Notes: generated from the sequence alone by a model not told the origin. Shown: positions 9,449-20,215, counted from the first letter of the stretch. The stretch: DNA of 64,000 nucleotides from a bacterium (GCA_965205865.1 CBDBHR010000030.1:448001-512000); one strand, 5' to 3'. Numbers and translations: made by a program.

Positions 9449-10323
9449 TGATCGAAACTCTTTGGTCACAGAAAATTAAAGACTATGCCCCGACAAACAC
9501 GATTGAACAGGAGAACGTGCTTCAGGAATTGACTCAGCATTATGTACTCGCCAGTCTTGCCAGAGCTCAGTTTTTTCAACTGGCACAATTCCATGGGGGG
9601 ACTTGTCTGAGAATTCTACATGGTTTGAGTCGTTTTTCTGAAGATCTTGATTTTGTGTTGAAGAAAGCGGACCCCCATTTTGCCTGGAAGAAGTATCTGG
9701 ATCGAATCGGTAGAGACTGTGCTGAAGATGGAATTCAGTTCGAATTCGTTGACAAATCAGAATCCGATTCAACCGTCAAGAAGGCGTTTTTAAAAACAGA
9801 TTCTATTGGCAAGGTGCTGATCCTCAATCTACCGCATCTTCGACATCACCACAGAAAAATCAAAATCAAGCTCGAAATAGATACCAATCCACCGCTCGGC
9901 TCGACCTACGAAACCGCATATATTTATTTCCCTGTTATGTCGGCCATCACTGCCCAGACCCTTGAATCCGCATTTGCCAGCAAATCTCACGCACTTCTTT
10001 GTAGACCCTATATCAAAGGAAGAGACTGGTTTGATTTTCTATGGTACTCCGTAAAAGATATCCGGCCGAACCTGGTCTTGCTGAGTAATGCCATAGCCCA
10101 GCAGGGAGCATGGGCTGGAAAAACAACTGATGTGACCGCAGACTGGTATCCGGAGAATCTGAGTGACACCATCCGGAAAACTGATTGGAAAATGGCCCAA
10201 GAGGACGTTAAACGCTTCCTGCCGCTAAGGGAACAGGAAAGCCTCAATCTGTGGAACATGGACTTTTTCCTTCATCACCTGGAGAAGTTGTGTCAAAACA
10301 TCAAATCCCTGCCAGCTACCTGA
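9445..10323 (+). CDS. AbiEii/AbiGii family nucleotidyltransferase toxin
   Basis: FHGGTCLRI.HGLSRFSEDLDF, KIKLEID, K.HALL.R...KGRDWFD motifs. Confidence 0.93.
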   Translation: MMIETLWSQKIKDYAPTNTIEQENVLQELTQHYVLASLARAQFFQLAQFHGGTCLRILHGLSRFSEDLDFVLKKADPHFAWKKYLDRIGRDCAEDGIQFEFVDKSESDSTVKKAFLKTDSIGKVLILNLPHLRHHHRKIKIKLEIDTNPPLGSTYETAYIYFPVMSAITAQTLESAFASKSHALLCRPYIKGRDWFDFLWYSVKDIRPNLVLLSNAIAQQGAWAGKTTDVTADWYPENLSDTIRKTDWKMAQEDVKRFLPLREQESLNLWNMDFFLHHLEKLCQNIKSLPAT

Positions 10324-10739
10324 ATTTCACTTGGAAGCACACGGATTCTGCTCGAGATTGATTCAGTATCTGTCGCGCCTCAAAATACTTGGGCTTGCCT
10401 TTCCAGTTTAAGTTTTCGCAGGCGACTGACTCCAGGGGATGGATTTTGTTGTTGTTCTTGCCAAGATTCTTCAGCATATTTTCTCCATCGTTCCATATAC
10501 TGATCCACATCGTTTCAAAAAGTGGCTTGAGTCCCGGATCCAATAGAAATTCTTAAAAAATCAGTATTCATGCAATAACTTCTTATAAAAGGGCATAATA
10601 GTGCTGATATTTGCCAAAATGGGTGGCGTATTCAATTCAGAGATCAATTATTTTAATTTCTTTGAAGAATGGAAGGGCCAGGTGAATATTGGACCGAATT
10701 CCTCACCTGTTTACGCGGAAAAGGGTACCGGTACGGCCT

Positions 10740-10930
10740 CTACCCGCATATGCCATCCCCTTCTGCAGAGAGCTCGCAGCCAGGCGTCAGCCTATGGAGC
10801 AGCGCTGGAGAATTACTGACGCGCTGGGGAGGAGAGGACACTTTAGCCCCTGGGAACTTCCGCATCCCCCATGCAATATGCGTGGACTCGCGAGGTGACA
10901 TCTATGTAAGCGACCTCCCAATTGGAGCGA
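10740..10930 (+). pseudogene. NHL-repeat protein fragment
   Basis: VSLWSSAGELLTRWGG...PGNFRIPHAICVDSRGDIYVSD is an NHL repeat; no full gene. Confidence 0.65.
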
Positions 10931-10964
10931 ATAAGGAGAACGTCTCAAACGAACAATATGAAAA

Positions 10965-11174
10965 AATTTGACAACCTGAATCAAACCTGATTGCGCGGTC
11001 AGGTCTCTGCCTCCCTGGCTGATATGGATATTTTTTACTGACGTTCTTGCCGATCTTGTGCTACCTTTGTTCTTCATGGAAATGGTGATCTCTCAAAATG
11101 TTGATTCATGTGTCAACTATTTGAGTATATTACCTTTTCCATGTTTGATTGTCGTCTAATTGCAGGATTTGGGT
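10965..11174 (-). mobile_element. IS1380-like left end and transposase N-terminal stub
   Basis: MKNKGSTRS...IHISQGGRDLTAQSGLIQVVKF resembles the IS1380 'LT..AGL..+..F' start; truncated after ~38 codons. Confidence 0.55.
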
Positions 11175-11215
11175 AGTATTAATCGTTTTCAGTTCAACAT
11201 AATTGAGGAGAAGAC

Positions 11216-11935
11216 ATGATTGTCATCCCTGCCATTGATTTAATAGATGGTAAATGTGTGAGACTACTGCAGGGAAAAGCGACAATGGGAACTGTTTATT
11301 CAGACAATCCCGCGGAGATGGCGATGGTGTTCGAAGAAGCTGGCGCGCAATGTTTGCATTTGGTGGATTTGGATGGCGCCTTTTCAGGAAAATCCGCCAA
11401 TATGCGGAGCATCCAAGCAATCATTCAGGCTGTTGGGATTCCCGTGGAGTTGGGAGGAGGCATGCGCAATCGCGAGGATATTGAAAGAATGCTGGATCTG
11501 GGAGTTTCCTCTGTGATTGTGGGTACCATGGCAGTAAAGAGTCCTGAAATTCTAAAATCCGTGCTGAAAGAATATTCCGGAGAAAAGATTATTTTGGGAA
11601 TTGATTCGAGAAATGGCAAAGTTGCTATTTCAGGATGGGAAAAGCAAACAAAAATCAATGATATTGAATTTGGAATTCATTGGAAACAATACGGCATTGA
11701 ACGTATTATTTATACCGATATCACCCGCGATGGTATGCTAACAGGCCCCAATCTGCCAGCATTACGGCAATTTGCAAAGGAAACTCACTTGAAAATTACG
11801 GCTTCCGGTGGGATTTCGTCGAAAACTGATATCGAACGCATAAAATCTCTGGAATCTGAGGGAGTCGACCATGTCATTGTCGGTAAGGCAATTTATGAGG
11901 GAAGAATTCGATTAAACGAGATTTTGCCATGCTAG
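11216..11935 (+). CDS. hisA: ProFAR isomerase
   Basis: [47 protein letters not shown]. Confidence 0.97.
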   Translation: MIVIPAIDLIDGKCVRLLQGKATMGTVYSDNPAEMAMVFEEAGAQCLHLVDLDGAFSGKSANMRSIQAIIQAVGIPVELGGGMRNREDIERMLDLGVSSVIVGTMAVKSPEILKSVLKEYSGEKIILGIDSRNGKVAISGWEKQTKINDIEFGIHWKQYGIERIIYTDITRDGMLTGPNLPALRQFAKETHLKITASGGISSKTDIERIKSLESEGVDHVIVGKAIYEGRIRLNEILPC

Positions 11936-12693
11936 CAAAGCGCATTATACCTTGTTTGGATATCAAGAATGGACGGGTTGTCAAAGGGACCAGTTTTGCG
12001 CAATTGAGAGACGCAGGTGACCCTTTGGAGCTTGCCCAATTGTACAACGACCAATCTGCAGACGAATTGGTATTTTTAGACATTACGGCTTCCCAAGAAA
12101 AAAGGAAAACTACCCTGGAACTGGCGAGCCATCTGGCAAGAGCGCTTTTCATTCCTTTCACAATCGGCGGGGGAATCTCCACAGTAGCAGAGATTCGAGA
12201 ATTGGTCACTGCAGGCGCGGATAAGGTATCGATCAATTCATCAGCTCTGCTGAATCCCAGCTTGATTACAGAAGGGGCAAATCGTTTTGGCTCTCAATGT
12301 ATCGTAGTGGCTATTGATGTCAAAAAGAAAAAAAATCATTGGGAAGTATTTAGTCATGGAGGCACTCGCGGTACAGGTTTTGATGCCTATCAATGGGCCT
12401 TAGAGGCAGAAAGACGGGGAGCAGGAGAAATTCTTCTCACAAGTATGGATGCGGATGGTCAGAAAAAAGGTTATGATCTGGCGATTACCTCCAAAATCAG
12501 TCGAGCCCTCAATATTCCAGTTATTGCTTCCGGAGGGGGAGGACAATTGCATCACTTCAAAGAGGCCCTCGAAGCGGGGGCTGCCGATGCCGTGCTGGCG
12601 GCCTCGATTTTTCATTATGGGCAATATTCTGTCTCTGAAGTCAAGCAATACTTGCATGCCCAACATATTCCTGTACGGTTGACTTCTGCCTGA
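11929..12693 (+). CDS. hisF: Imidazole glycerol phosphate synthase cyclase subunit
   Basis: [50 protein letters not shown]. Confidence 0.98.
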   Translation: MLAKRIIPCLDIKNGRVVKGTSFAQLRDAGDPLELAQLYNDQSADELVFLDITASQEKRKTTLELASHLARALFIPFTIGGGISTVAEIRELVTAGADKVSINSSALLNPSLITEGANRFGSQCIVVAIDVKKKKNHWEVFSHGGTRGTGFDAYQWALEAERRGAGEILLTSMDADGQKKGYDLAITSKISRALNIPVIASGGGGQLHHFKEALEAGAADAVLAASIFHYGQYSVSEVKQYLHAQHIPVRLTSA

Positions 12694-12757
12694 GCATCGA
12701 TTTTAGGGAACGGGTTTCACACTTTAATTTGTAGTTCCGACTTGCAGAAAAATCTGG

Positions 12758-13087
12758 TTAATTATTGAAACCAGGAATTTTAAGCCCTCCCATTCCTCCT
12801 AATTGTTTCCCTAATTCGTCTTGTACGATTTTCTGGCTCTGACGAATCCCTTCATTGACAGCAGACAAAACCAAATCTTCCAATGTTTCAATATCTTCCG
12901 GATCGATCACTTCCGGATCAATACAAATTGAAACCGCTTGTTGCTTACCATTGAACGTCATCTTCACCATTTCTCCTCCAACTGAGACATCGATCCTTTT
13001 TTTGGCAAGTTCTTCTTGATGCGCCTGCATATTTTGAGAAACTTCTTGAGCTTTTTTCAGGAGATCTTCCATCGAACCATCGAACAT
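12758..13087 (-). CDS. ybaB: YbaB/EbfC nucleoid-associated protein
   Basis: LLKKAQ, GG.MVK.T.NG, IDPE.IDPEDIETLEDLVLSAVN; downstream of dnaX. Confidence 0.95.
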   Translation of the reverse strand: MFDGSMEDLLKKAQEVSQNMQAHQEELAKKRIDVSVGGEMVKMTFNGKQQAVSICIDPEVIDPEDIETLEDLVLSAVNEGIRQSQKIVQDELGKQLGGMGGLKIPGFNN

Positions 13088-13108
13088 TGGGTACCTTTGA
13101 CAATATGG

Positions 13109-14860
13109 TTAGAGTTTGGGTTCCTGGATTTGAATTTCTACAATTTTGCTGCCAGGAAACGTATTTAAGATCATTTGGGTCCGTTCATCATACTCCGCTG
13201 CATTTCGACGTCGCGCTCTTTCTTCTTCCAAAAGACGCTGTCGCTTCTCAGAGAGTGTGAGGGAATTCACAACCCGGTTATTTCCTTGAACTACTATTTG
13301 CATGACACGGCCATAGAAATTTTCGGCATATTTTCGCAATGCCACTTTTTTTTCTTCAGAAAGCATCTCTTTGAATTGCGATTCCTTGAATGCAATCAGA
13401 ATTTGCTGTTCGCTGCTCTCCAACAACACGGCGTTTTTCAAAACACTACTCAATCTGGGAGATTTTTGTTGGATGTATCCCACAAACGATTCCCAATCTT
13501 TCGACGGCATTTGCAAGGATGGAAGGGATGCGGCAGGAACGGTATGCCGATACGGCACTGTTTTTTCTCCGATTTTTTGCTGCAGAGTTTCAGCGGTTTC
13601 CTGTTTGGAAACAGATGAATTGGGAGGAGACGAGGGCTCCGGAGTGATTTTTTCCAGAGACAATTGCCTGTTACCGGGTATCTTTAGGTCTTCATTCCCG
13701 TCGTCCCCGCGCAGTCCCTTCACCTGTTGCAATAATTCTGGAATTCCCACCAATGCTTGGACGGCTGTCAGTTGGATCAAAGCCATCTCGAAACAAATTT
13801 GCGCATGACTGCTTTGTTTGATCTGCTCTTCCAGCTCCATTAAAATATGAAACATTTGCTGCAATTCATCTAATGAGACAACAGGAACCAAGGTTTTGTA
13901 ATTATTTATTTCGTCTTCGGGGATGTCTTGAAACAGGGTCGGAGGCAGTTGATTCGAGTGCTGAGTAAACATGTGGACCAAAGACAGGTTTTTCACTGAC
14001 TGCAATAAATTTGAAAGAATATCTTGATAGTCATGACCATGCTGTTGCATCTCGTGAAATTTTGCCATCACGGCGATTGGATCCTTTTCTAGTAATGCTT
14101 TCAAAATCTGAAATCGCATTTGAGTGTCAATCAGACCCAATATCTTGATAACTTCTTCATCAGAAGCCGCCTGTCCGGCATAACTTGTGATTTGATCAAT
14201 CATCGTCAAAGCATCTCGCATTCCTCCTACTGCTTGTCGAGCTACCATCTGCAATGCATTTCTTGATATTACAATTGCTTCCTCTGCAATAACCCTTTGC
14301 AAATAATCCACCATTTTATGCAGAGGAATGCGAACAAAATCATATCGCTGGCAACGGGAAATGATGGTTTGTGGTAGTTTGTGGGGATCGGTTGTGGCTA
14401 GAATGAACTTCACATGGGCCGGAGGCTCTTCCAATGTCTTTAAAAGCGCATTGAAAGACTCTAGCGTCAGCATATGCGCCTCATCAATAATGTAGACTTT
14501 ATATCGACAGTTGGCAGGAGCATACTTGATATTTTCCCTCAGTTCGCGGATGTTGTCGATCCCTCGATTAGAAGCGGCATCGATTTCGTAAATATCCGGA
14601 GAAGCATTACTAGTGATATCGAGGCAATTTTGGCATCTCTCACAAGGATTGGCATCTGTGGGATTCAGGCAGTTGATAGCTTTGGTAAGCACGCGAGCCG
14701 CTGTTGTCTTTCCCACTCCGCGGGAACCTGAAAATAAAAAAGCATGGCTGACTCGATTCGTTAAAATGGCATTCTTCAGAATCTGAGCTATGGTTTCTTG
14801 TCCGACCAAATCATCAAATCGGGTTGGCCTCAGCTTACGCGCCAATACAACGTAGGGCAT
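13109..14860 (-). CDS. dnaX: DNA polymerase III subunit gamma/tau
   Basis: YVVLARK.RP, GSRGVGKTT, C..C zinc module, EIDAASN, IIDEAHML, NALLKTLEEPP, SRC. Confidence 0.98.
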   Translation of the reverse strand: MPYVVLARKLRPTRFDDLVGQETIAQILKNAILTNRVSHAFLFSGSRGVGKTTAARVLTKAINCLNPTDANPCERCQNCLDITSNASPDIYEIDAASNRGIDNIRELRENIKYAPANCRYKVYIIDEAHMLTLESFNALLKTLEEPPAHVKFILATTDPHKLPQTIISRCQRYDFVRIPLHKMVDYLQRVIAEEAIVISRNALQMVARQAVGGMRDALTMIDQITSYAGQAASDEEVIKILGLIDTQMRFQILKALLEKDPIAVMAKFHEMQQHGHDYQDILSNLLQSVKNLSLVHMFTQHSNQLPPTLFQDIPEDEINNYKTLVPVVSLDELQQMFHILMELEEQIKQSSHAQICFEMALIQLTAVQALVGIPELLQQVKGLRGDDGNEDLKIPGNRQLSLEKITPEPSSPPNSSVSKQETAETLQQKIGEKTVPYRHTVPAASLPSLQMPSKDWESFVGYIQQKSPRLSSVLKNAVLLESSEQQILIAFKESQFKEMLSEEKKVALRKYAENFYGRVMQIVVQGNNRVVNSLTLSEKRQRLLEEERARRRNAAEYDERTQMILNTFPGSKIVEIQIQEPKL

Positions 14861-14886
14861 TTCAATTCGCCGTCATGGAATCGGGA

Positions 14887-14978
14887 GGCTGAGTTTCGCG
14901 GCACATCTCCGGTATCTTAGTGCTGCTTCCGTTAGGACCTGACACGGTTCGAAACTTTCAATTGCGCGAAACCCGGCC
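14887..14978 (-). ncRNA. ffs: Signal recognition particle RNA (4.5S)
   Basis: Minus strand GTGTCAGGTCC-TAAC-GGAAGCAGCAC helix-8 motif inside a long hairpin closed by GGCCGGGTTTCGCG/CGCGAAACTCAGCC; between tRNA-Ser and dnaX. Confidence 0.92.
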
Positions 14979-15016
14979 ATTTTATAGAAAGTCGTTTATA
15001 AAAAATTTACGTTCTA

Positions 15017-15104
15017 TGGCGGAAAGGGAGGGATTCGAACCCTCGGTACGCAGACGTACACACGATTTCCAGTCGTGCACCTTCGGCCTCTCGGTCACCT
15101 TTCC
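15017..15104 (-). tRNA. tRNA-Ser(GGA)
   Basis: GGAAAGG/CCTTTCC acceptor stem, anticodon arm CACGA-CTGGAAA-TCGTG, long variable arm, GGTTCGAATCC, encoded CCA. Confidence 0.97.
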
Positions 15105-15363
15105 CGTATAAATTTCTACAACTTGGCATTTATCTGCTTATATATTATCCGATTTCATCTTTGTCAAGGATATCTTGCTTCCGGCAAAATTTTAAAATGA
15201 ATGCCAACTCTTGAATAATTATATTATGACGCATATCATTTCAAGCTATTTGAGCAGCCTTTTGAATATGAAGACTGTCGGAAAGAGCTTTCATTTTGAT
15301 GGGTTTGATGCTAGCTTATTGTCTTTAAAATCGGTTCATTTTCATATCATTTAAGATCAACCC

Positions 15364-16368
15364 ATGAATCAACATATCGCCATTGTAGGCGCCACCGGCG
15401 CAGTTGGCACAGAATTCATGAAGCTACTGGAAAACCGCGATTATCCTTTAAAAAGTCTCAAATTGCTCGCGTCTGCACGATCGGCGGGTAAAAAACTTCC
15501 CTTTCGAGGAGAATCCTTGCTTGTTGAAGAATTGACAGCTGAGTCATTCAAGGGTGTGGACTTGGCATTTTTTTCAGCAGGAGGAAAACGAAGTAAGGAA
15601 TTTGCTCCTCATGCGGTGGATTCCGGAACTCTGGTGATTGACAATAGCAGTGCGTTCCGGATGGAAAAAGGAGTTCCGCTTGTCGTGCCGGAAGTCAACC
15701 CGGAAGTCGCTAAACGTCACCAGGGGATCATTGCTAATCCCAATTGTTCTACCATTCAAATGGTAGTGGCGCTCCATCCACTTCATAAAGCGGCCACTAT
15801 CAACCGTGTTGTGGTTTCGAGTTACCAAGCTACCTCGGGGGCTGGTGCGGCGGGTATGCAGGAATTGCTTGATCAAATTAAAGCGTTTAATCAAGGTCAA
15901 CCGCTCTCTTCTCGGGTTTTTCAAGCCCCAATTGCTTTCAACGTCATTCCTCATATCGGAAACTTCATGGACAATGGCTACACCGAAGAAGAGATGAAAA
16001 TGGTGCGGGAAACTCGCAAGATCATGTCGGCTCCGGATATGAAGATCAGCGCTACTTGCGTGCGGGTTCCGGTTTTGCGTTCTCACTCGGAAGCCGTCAA
16101 TATTGAAACCGAAAGAAAGCTCACGGTAACAGATGCCAAGGCTATTTTTTCCAACACCCCCGGGATCATTGTCAAAGACACGCAGAAGCCTGGTGGTTAC
16201 CCTTTACCATGGGATGTGGCCGAAACATACGACACATACGTAGGACGGATTCGAGAAGACATTTCCGTGCCCAATGGTCTGGCCTTTTGGGTAGTTGCAG
16301 ATCAGCTATACAAAGGAGCAGCTTTGAATGCCTTGCAAATCAGCGAATGGCTCAACCTCCACAACTAG
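15364..16368 (+). CDS. asd: Aspartate-semialdehyde dehydrogenase
   Basis: VGATGAVG, IDNSSAFRM, IIANPNCSTIQ, SYQA.SGAG, TCVRVPV...HSE. Confidence 0.97.
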   Translation: MNQHIAIVGATGAVGTEFMKLLENRDYPLKSLKLLASARSAGKKLPFRGESLLVEELTAESFKGVDLAFFSAGGKRSKEFAPHAVDSGTLVIDNSSAFRMEKGVPLVVPEVNPEVAKRHQGIIANPNCSTIQMVVALHPLHKAATINRVVVSSYQATSGAGAAGMQELLDQIKAFNQGQPLSSRVFQAPIAFNVIPHIGNFMDNGYTEEEMKMVRETRKIMSAPDMKISATCVRVPVLRSHSEAVNIETERKLTVTDAKAIFSNTPGIIVKDTQKPGGYPLPWDVAETYDTYVGRIREDISVPNGLAFWVVADQLYKGAALNALQISEWLNLHN

Positions 16369-16413
16369 TGGTTTTTTCTCAATAATTTTTATGCGATCAA
16401 TGTCTTTGTTCCA

Positions 16414-16758
16414 ATGGACGTCAATTTAGCTCGCCAACTCACCCTGCAATTTCTAGTACATTCGTTTTTGTATTATGAATTGGGAGAGTCCCTTATTTCT
16501 GATCGGCAATACGATGAGATTTGCAGTGAGTTGAAAAAACTCTGCAACTCAACCTCTGAAATTTCAGTTCCCTATTGGGACATAGTGCAACAACTTGGAA
16601 AAGAAGCATCTGGTTTTTTCATCAAGAAATATCCTCCTTCCATCGTCAGTAATGCCATGCATCTTCTCTATCAGGAGAATTATGCGACGCGGTTCAAATT
16701 TGATGAGTTCATCACCCGGTTTGGCTATCGCTGTGAACCATCATTTGAATCACACTGA
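16414..16758 (+). CDS. Small protein resembling a stand-alone NAD-dependent DNA ligase domain Ia
   Basis: HSFLYYELGESLISDRQYDEI..EL matches the LigA Ia motif H...YY..D.P.ISD.EYD.L..EL; no ligase core. Confidence 0.65.
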   Translation: MDVNLARQLTLQFLVHSFLYYELGESLISDRQYDEICSELKKLCNSTSEISVPYWDIVQQLGKEASGFFIKKYPPSIVSNAMHLLYQENYATRFKFDEFITRFGYRCEPSFESH

Positions 16759-17101
16759 TAAACTCATGGGTTGCGTTTAACGTCGACCACACGGTAAAGC
16801 AAGTCAATGACCCCCCCGTGTCGTTTTTATAAATTTTTTTTGTATTGCCATTTGATTCATATTATTAATTATTGTGAAGTTTTCCAAGCATATCATCAAC
16901 TTAAATCTTGCGGGTTGCGCAAATAAGACGCACGTCCGCAAATTTCTTTCCTCTTGAATATAAACATCTCTTGCATGCAATCAAGATTGGATTTAACTTG
17001 AGATTTCAACTCGAATTCGGCCATATCCTTTTGAAGGATTGACACTCATAAAATGAAAAGATTGAGCGAGATGCTTTTCTCGTTCCATTGGAAGCAAAAG
17101 A

Positions 17102-17956
17102 ATGATGAAAATCGGAGTGATTGGAGGCAGTGGACTTTATGACTTACCTGGAATATCAGAGGTCAGAGAAGAATCAATCACCACGCCTTTTGGAAAAACC
17201 TCGGACGTTTTTATTTGTGGCAAGCTCCATAACAGGCCCGTAGTCTTTTTACCCCGCCATGGTATAGGTCACCGTCTGTTACCGACGGAGATTCCGTTTC
17301 GTGCCAACATTTGGGGGATGAAAAAACTGGGAGTTACCCATCTCATTTCTGTCAGTGCGGTGGGAAGTTTAAAAGAGGAAATTGTCCCGGGACACATTGT
17401 TTTTCCCGATCAATTCATTGATCGGACCCGGCATCGGGATTCCACGTTTTTTGGAAATGGTATAGTTGCTCATGTGCAATTGGGGGATCCGGTCTGCCCC
17501 AATTTAAAGGCTCAAATGGTAAAAGCCGCAGGAGAAGTGGGAGCCACCTTTCATCAAGGAGGGACATATGTTTGCATGGAAGGGCCGGCGTTTTCCACAC
17601 GTGCCGAGTCAAATATGTATCGTTCCTGGGGAGCTTCCGTGATTGGCATGACCAACATTCAAGAAGCCAAACTCGCGCGAGAAGCGGAGATGTGTTTTGT
17701 AACCATCGCATTGGCAACCGATTATGACTGCTGGCACCAATCCGAAGAAGAAGTGACCGTTGATCAAATCTTGTCAGTGATGCATGAAAACATAAAAACC
17801 TCTAAAGAAATTCTTTCTCGCACTTTGGAATCATTGCGCAATGAGCGGACCTGCCAATGTGGGACTGCTTTGCAGTACGGGATTGTTACTCAAAAGGAGA
17901 TGATTCCAGAACAAGTAAAAGTCGATCTGAATGTCATCATTGGTAAATATCTATAA
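17102..17956 (+). CDS. mtnP: S-methyl-5'-thioadenosine phosphorylase
   Basis: IGVIGGSGLY, FLPRHG..H, PDQFIDRT, GTYVCMEGPAFSTRAES, GMT...EAKLAREAE, TDYDCW. Confidence 0.96.
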   Translation: MMKIGVIGGSGLYDLPGISEVREESITTPFGKTSDVFICGKLHNRPVVFLPRHGIGHRLLPTEIPFRANIWGMKKLGVTHLISVSAVGSLKEEIVPGHIVFPDQFIDRTRHRDSTFFGNGIVAHVQLGDPVCPNLKAQMVKAAGEVGATFHQGGTYVCMEGPAFSTRAESNMYRSWGASVIGMTNIQEAKLAREAEMCFVTIALATDYDCWHQSEEEVTVDQILSVMHENIKTSKEILSRTLESLRNERTCQCGTALQYGIVTQKEMIPEQVKVDLNVIIGKYL

Positions 17957-18074
17957 AAAATACACGACAGACCTGATCTCGGGTCCCTCGTCAATCATCC
18001 ACATTGTCAAATCCAAACGAGACGATTTGAAGTACATTTTTTTAACCAGGCATTCTACATTGACGAGCAGTTAA

Positions 18075-19043
18075 ATGACTGAAACAAAGGAACGTCCGCT
18101 TACTGGGCTAAAAAAAATAGGCCAGCAACTCAAACTTGCGCGTAAAGAGAAAAATCTATCTCTCGAGAGAGTCGCTGAAATTACGCGTATCAATATTGGC
18201 ATCTTGAAAAACATAGAAGATGGCCAAATGGGAGAACATCCAGGACCTGTATTTGTGAAGGGATTTCTCAAAACTTATGGAGAATTGGTTGGATTGGACG
18301 GTAAGGCGTTGCTGAAGGAACTCCATTCGGTTCCTGAGTTGAATGAATCGATTGTCTTGCATGGCGCCTCCGTTCTTCCAATCGAGAACGAATCTTTTTT
18401 TTGGCAGGAACAAAAATTTTTGTTGCTGTTTTTGATTATCGTTGTCTTGGGCGGAGGTTATTTTCTGTATAATTACTTAAATCAGGATACGAATCAACTT
18501 CCGAACGAATTGCAGACAGACGAATTGCAAACATTGGATTCCCCTGCGCAGGACGATTTACCAGAATCCACGACAGAGCTTGAATTCACTTTCCCACAGG
18601 AAGAGACAAACACGCCACCATCACAAAATACGCCTACACCTGCTTTATCTCCACAAGAAGTCGTACAAATCATGGAAACACAGCCCGTTGTTCCTGCAAA
18701 CTTGCAGACACTCCCTCTTGCTGTTCCTCAGCAGAAATCTCTTGAGGAAGTACTTGAAGAGCCCGTATCTGTGCCTTCTCAGCCAAAGCCACTTGTCTTG
18801 TTGATCAAAGCAACACTCCCTACCTGGATCAATATCAGGACCGACGAAGAACAACCTGTTGATGTTTCAATGCAAGCTGGGGAAGAATATTCACTGGAAG
18901 CAGAAGAGCGCTACATTTTAACTATCGGAAATACCAAAGGTGTGGAATTATTCCTGAACAGACATCCCCAAATCATCGACCTGCAAAATGAATTGCTGGT
19001 GAACTGGACTTTAGATAAATCGGCAATCCCCAACTCTGAATAA
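18075..19043 (+). CDS. rodZ: RodZ-like protein (HTH_25, TM helix, DUF4115)
   Basis: IGQQLKLARKE.NLSLE.VAE.TRI, VFVKGFLKTY, single TM helix, C-terminal IGNTKGVEL. Confidence 0.85.
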   Translation: MTETKERPLTGLKKIGQQLKLARKEKNLSLERVAEITRINIGILKNIEDGQMGEHPGPVFVKGFLKTYGELVGLDGKALLKELHSVPELNESIVLHGASVLPIENESFFWQEQKFLLLFLIIVVLGGGYFLYNYLNQDTNQLPNELQTDELQTLDSPAQDDLPESTTELEFTFPQEETNTPPSQNTPTPALSPQEVVQIMETQPVVPANLQTLPLAVPQQKSLEEVLEEPVSVPSQPKPLVLLIKATLPTWINIRTDEEQPVDVSMQAGEEYSLEAEERYILTIGNTKGVELFLNRHPQIIDLQNELLVNWTLDKSAIPNSE

Positions 19044-19097
19044 TGGGATTCCAGCGCCCCATAGTCTTAAATACTCTAACCCGAATGCATCCTCTAT

Positions 19098-19370
19098 TTG
19101 ATGATAATCTTCGTTAGTTTGATTTTGGCTGTAATTACAATAATGGTCATTGCTTATCCTTTATTTTTTCAAAAAATTACCCGATATCTGTCCGAATCAG
19201 ACTTTTCAACGGATTTTAATGAACAGGACGCTTTGTTGTCCGCACTCTCTGATTTGGAAGAAGAATACCAATTAGGACGATTATCCGAACCAGACTACCA
19301 GCGGCTCAAACTTCATTTTCAAAGACGTTATCTTCACCACAAACAGTCTGGTCCGCCAAAAAAATCATAA
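19098..19370 (+). CDS. Small membrane protein similar to the CcmI/CycH N-terminus
   Basis: N-terminal TM ending YPL, then LSDLEEEYQLGRLSEPDYQRLK. Confidence 0.6.
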   Translation: MMIIFVSLILAVITIMVIAYPLFFQKITRYLSESDFSTDFNEQDALLSALSDLEEEYQLGRLSEPDYQRLKLHFQRRYLHHKQSGPPKKS

Positions 19371-19393
19371 TATGCTCCCGGCAGGTTTGAAAG

Positions 19394-20215
19394 ATGGTTG
19401 CGCGACTTGAAATAACTCCCATTATCATTGGCCATGCTTCCACCGAAAGAAGTGCCTTGGAAGAATCCTATATCATGCAACTGTCTCAGGGACTATTTGC
19501 TTTCACGTCTTTTCGTGGCGTCGGATACAAACATTTGAATGAAGACCGCATCATTATTCTACCTCAAATTCCCCTGTTTTGTGTCATTGACGGACTAGGA
19601 GGTCCTGGAGACGGAGCCAGGGCTGCGGAGATATTTACAGAAGAACTTTCCAAACTCCGGGACCCGAATTCTGAAAGTCTGTCGGAAGTGCAGAAACAAG
19701 TATCGATCCGTATTGAAGATGAATGCCGCACTCCAAATTCCGGTGTTTGTTTTGCACTTTTCTGGATTGCGGAAACCACCTTGAAAGTTTATCACCTTGG
19801 AGACGTGAAGTTTGCATTGTTGAATCATGAAAACCAGATCAAATGGGAATCTCGAGACCACACCCTGCTCAATGCCTGGGTGGATCAAGGTTTTCTTTCT
19901 GCAGAAGAAACCACAAATCATCCTAAACGTCATATCGTCACAAAGGCACTCACTGGCTATGAAACGCCCAACCCCGAAATTCAACAAATTTCTTTTGTTC
20001 CCGGAGATCGAGTGATCGTCGCCAGTGACGGCCTTTGGGACAATTTCATGATAGATGAAATAACTGTCATGCTTGCAGATTCCAATCCCCAAGCGCAGGT
20101 GCGTCAGTTGATGCGGAAAGCTGTAAGGAAAATGCAGCAAAACCATTCTGCAAAATGGGAGGGGCTTTTGGTACCAAAACCAGACAATATTAGCATTTTA
20201 ATTGGAAGTCTATAA
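19394..20215 (+). CDS. PP2C-family Ser/Thr protein phosphatase
   Basis: NED, VIDGLGG, HLGD, DHT, HPKRHIVTKAL, ASDGLWD, DNIS motifs. Confidence 0.92.
   Translation: MVARLEITPIIIGHASTERSALEESYIMQLSQGLFAFTSFRGVGYKHLNEDRIIILPQIPLFCVIDGLGGPGDGARAAEIFTEELSKLRDPNSESLSEVQKQVSIRIEDECRTPNSGVCFALFWIAETTLKVYHLGDVKFALLNHENQIKWESRDHTLLNAWVDQGFLSAEETTNHPKRHIVTKALTGYETPNPEIQQISFVPGDRVIVASDGLWDNFMIDEITVMLADSNPQAQVRQLMRKAVRKMQQNHSAKWEGLLVPKPDNISILIGSL

Noticed and set aside
13346-13353. A8 run in dnaX as a gamma/tau frameshift site
   Set aside because: A-runs are common in this genome, the site is late in the gene and I saw no clear stimulatory element.
14920-15111. 63-aa ORF on + strand
   Set aside because: Antisense shadow of ffs and tRNA-Ser.
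16908-16942. Hairpin TTGCGG...CCGCAA upstream of mtnP as a SAM/SAH riboswitch
   Set aside because: No recognisable riboswitch consensus; single hairpin only.
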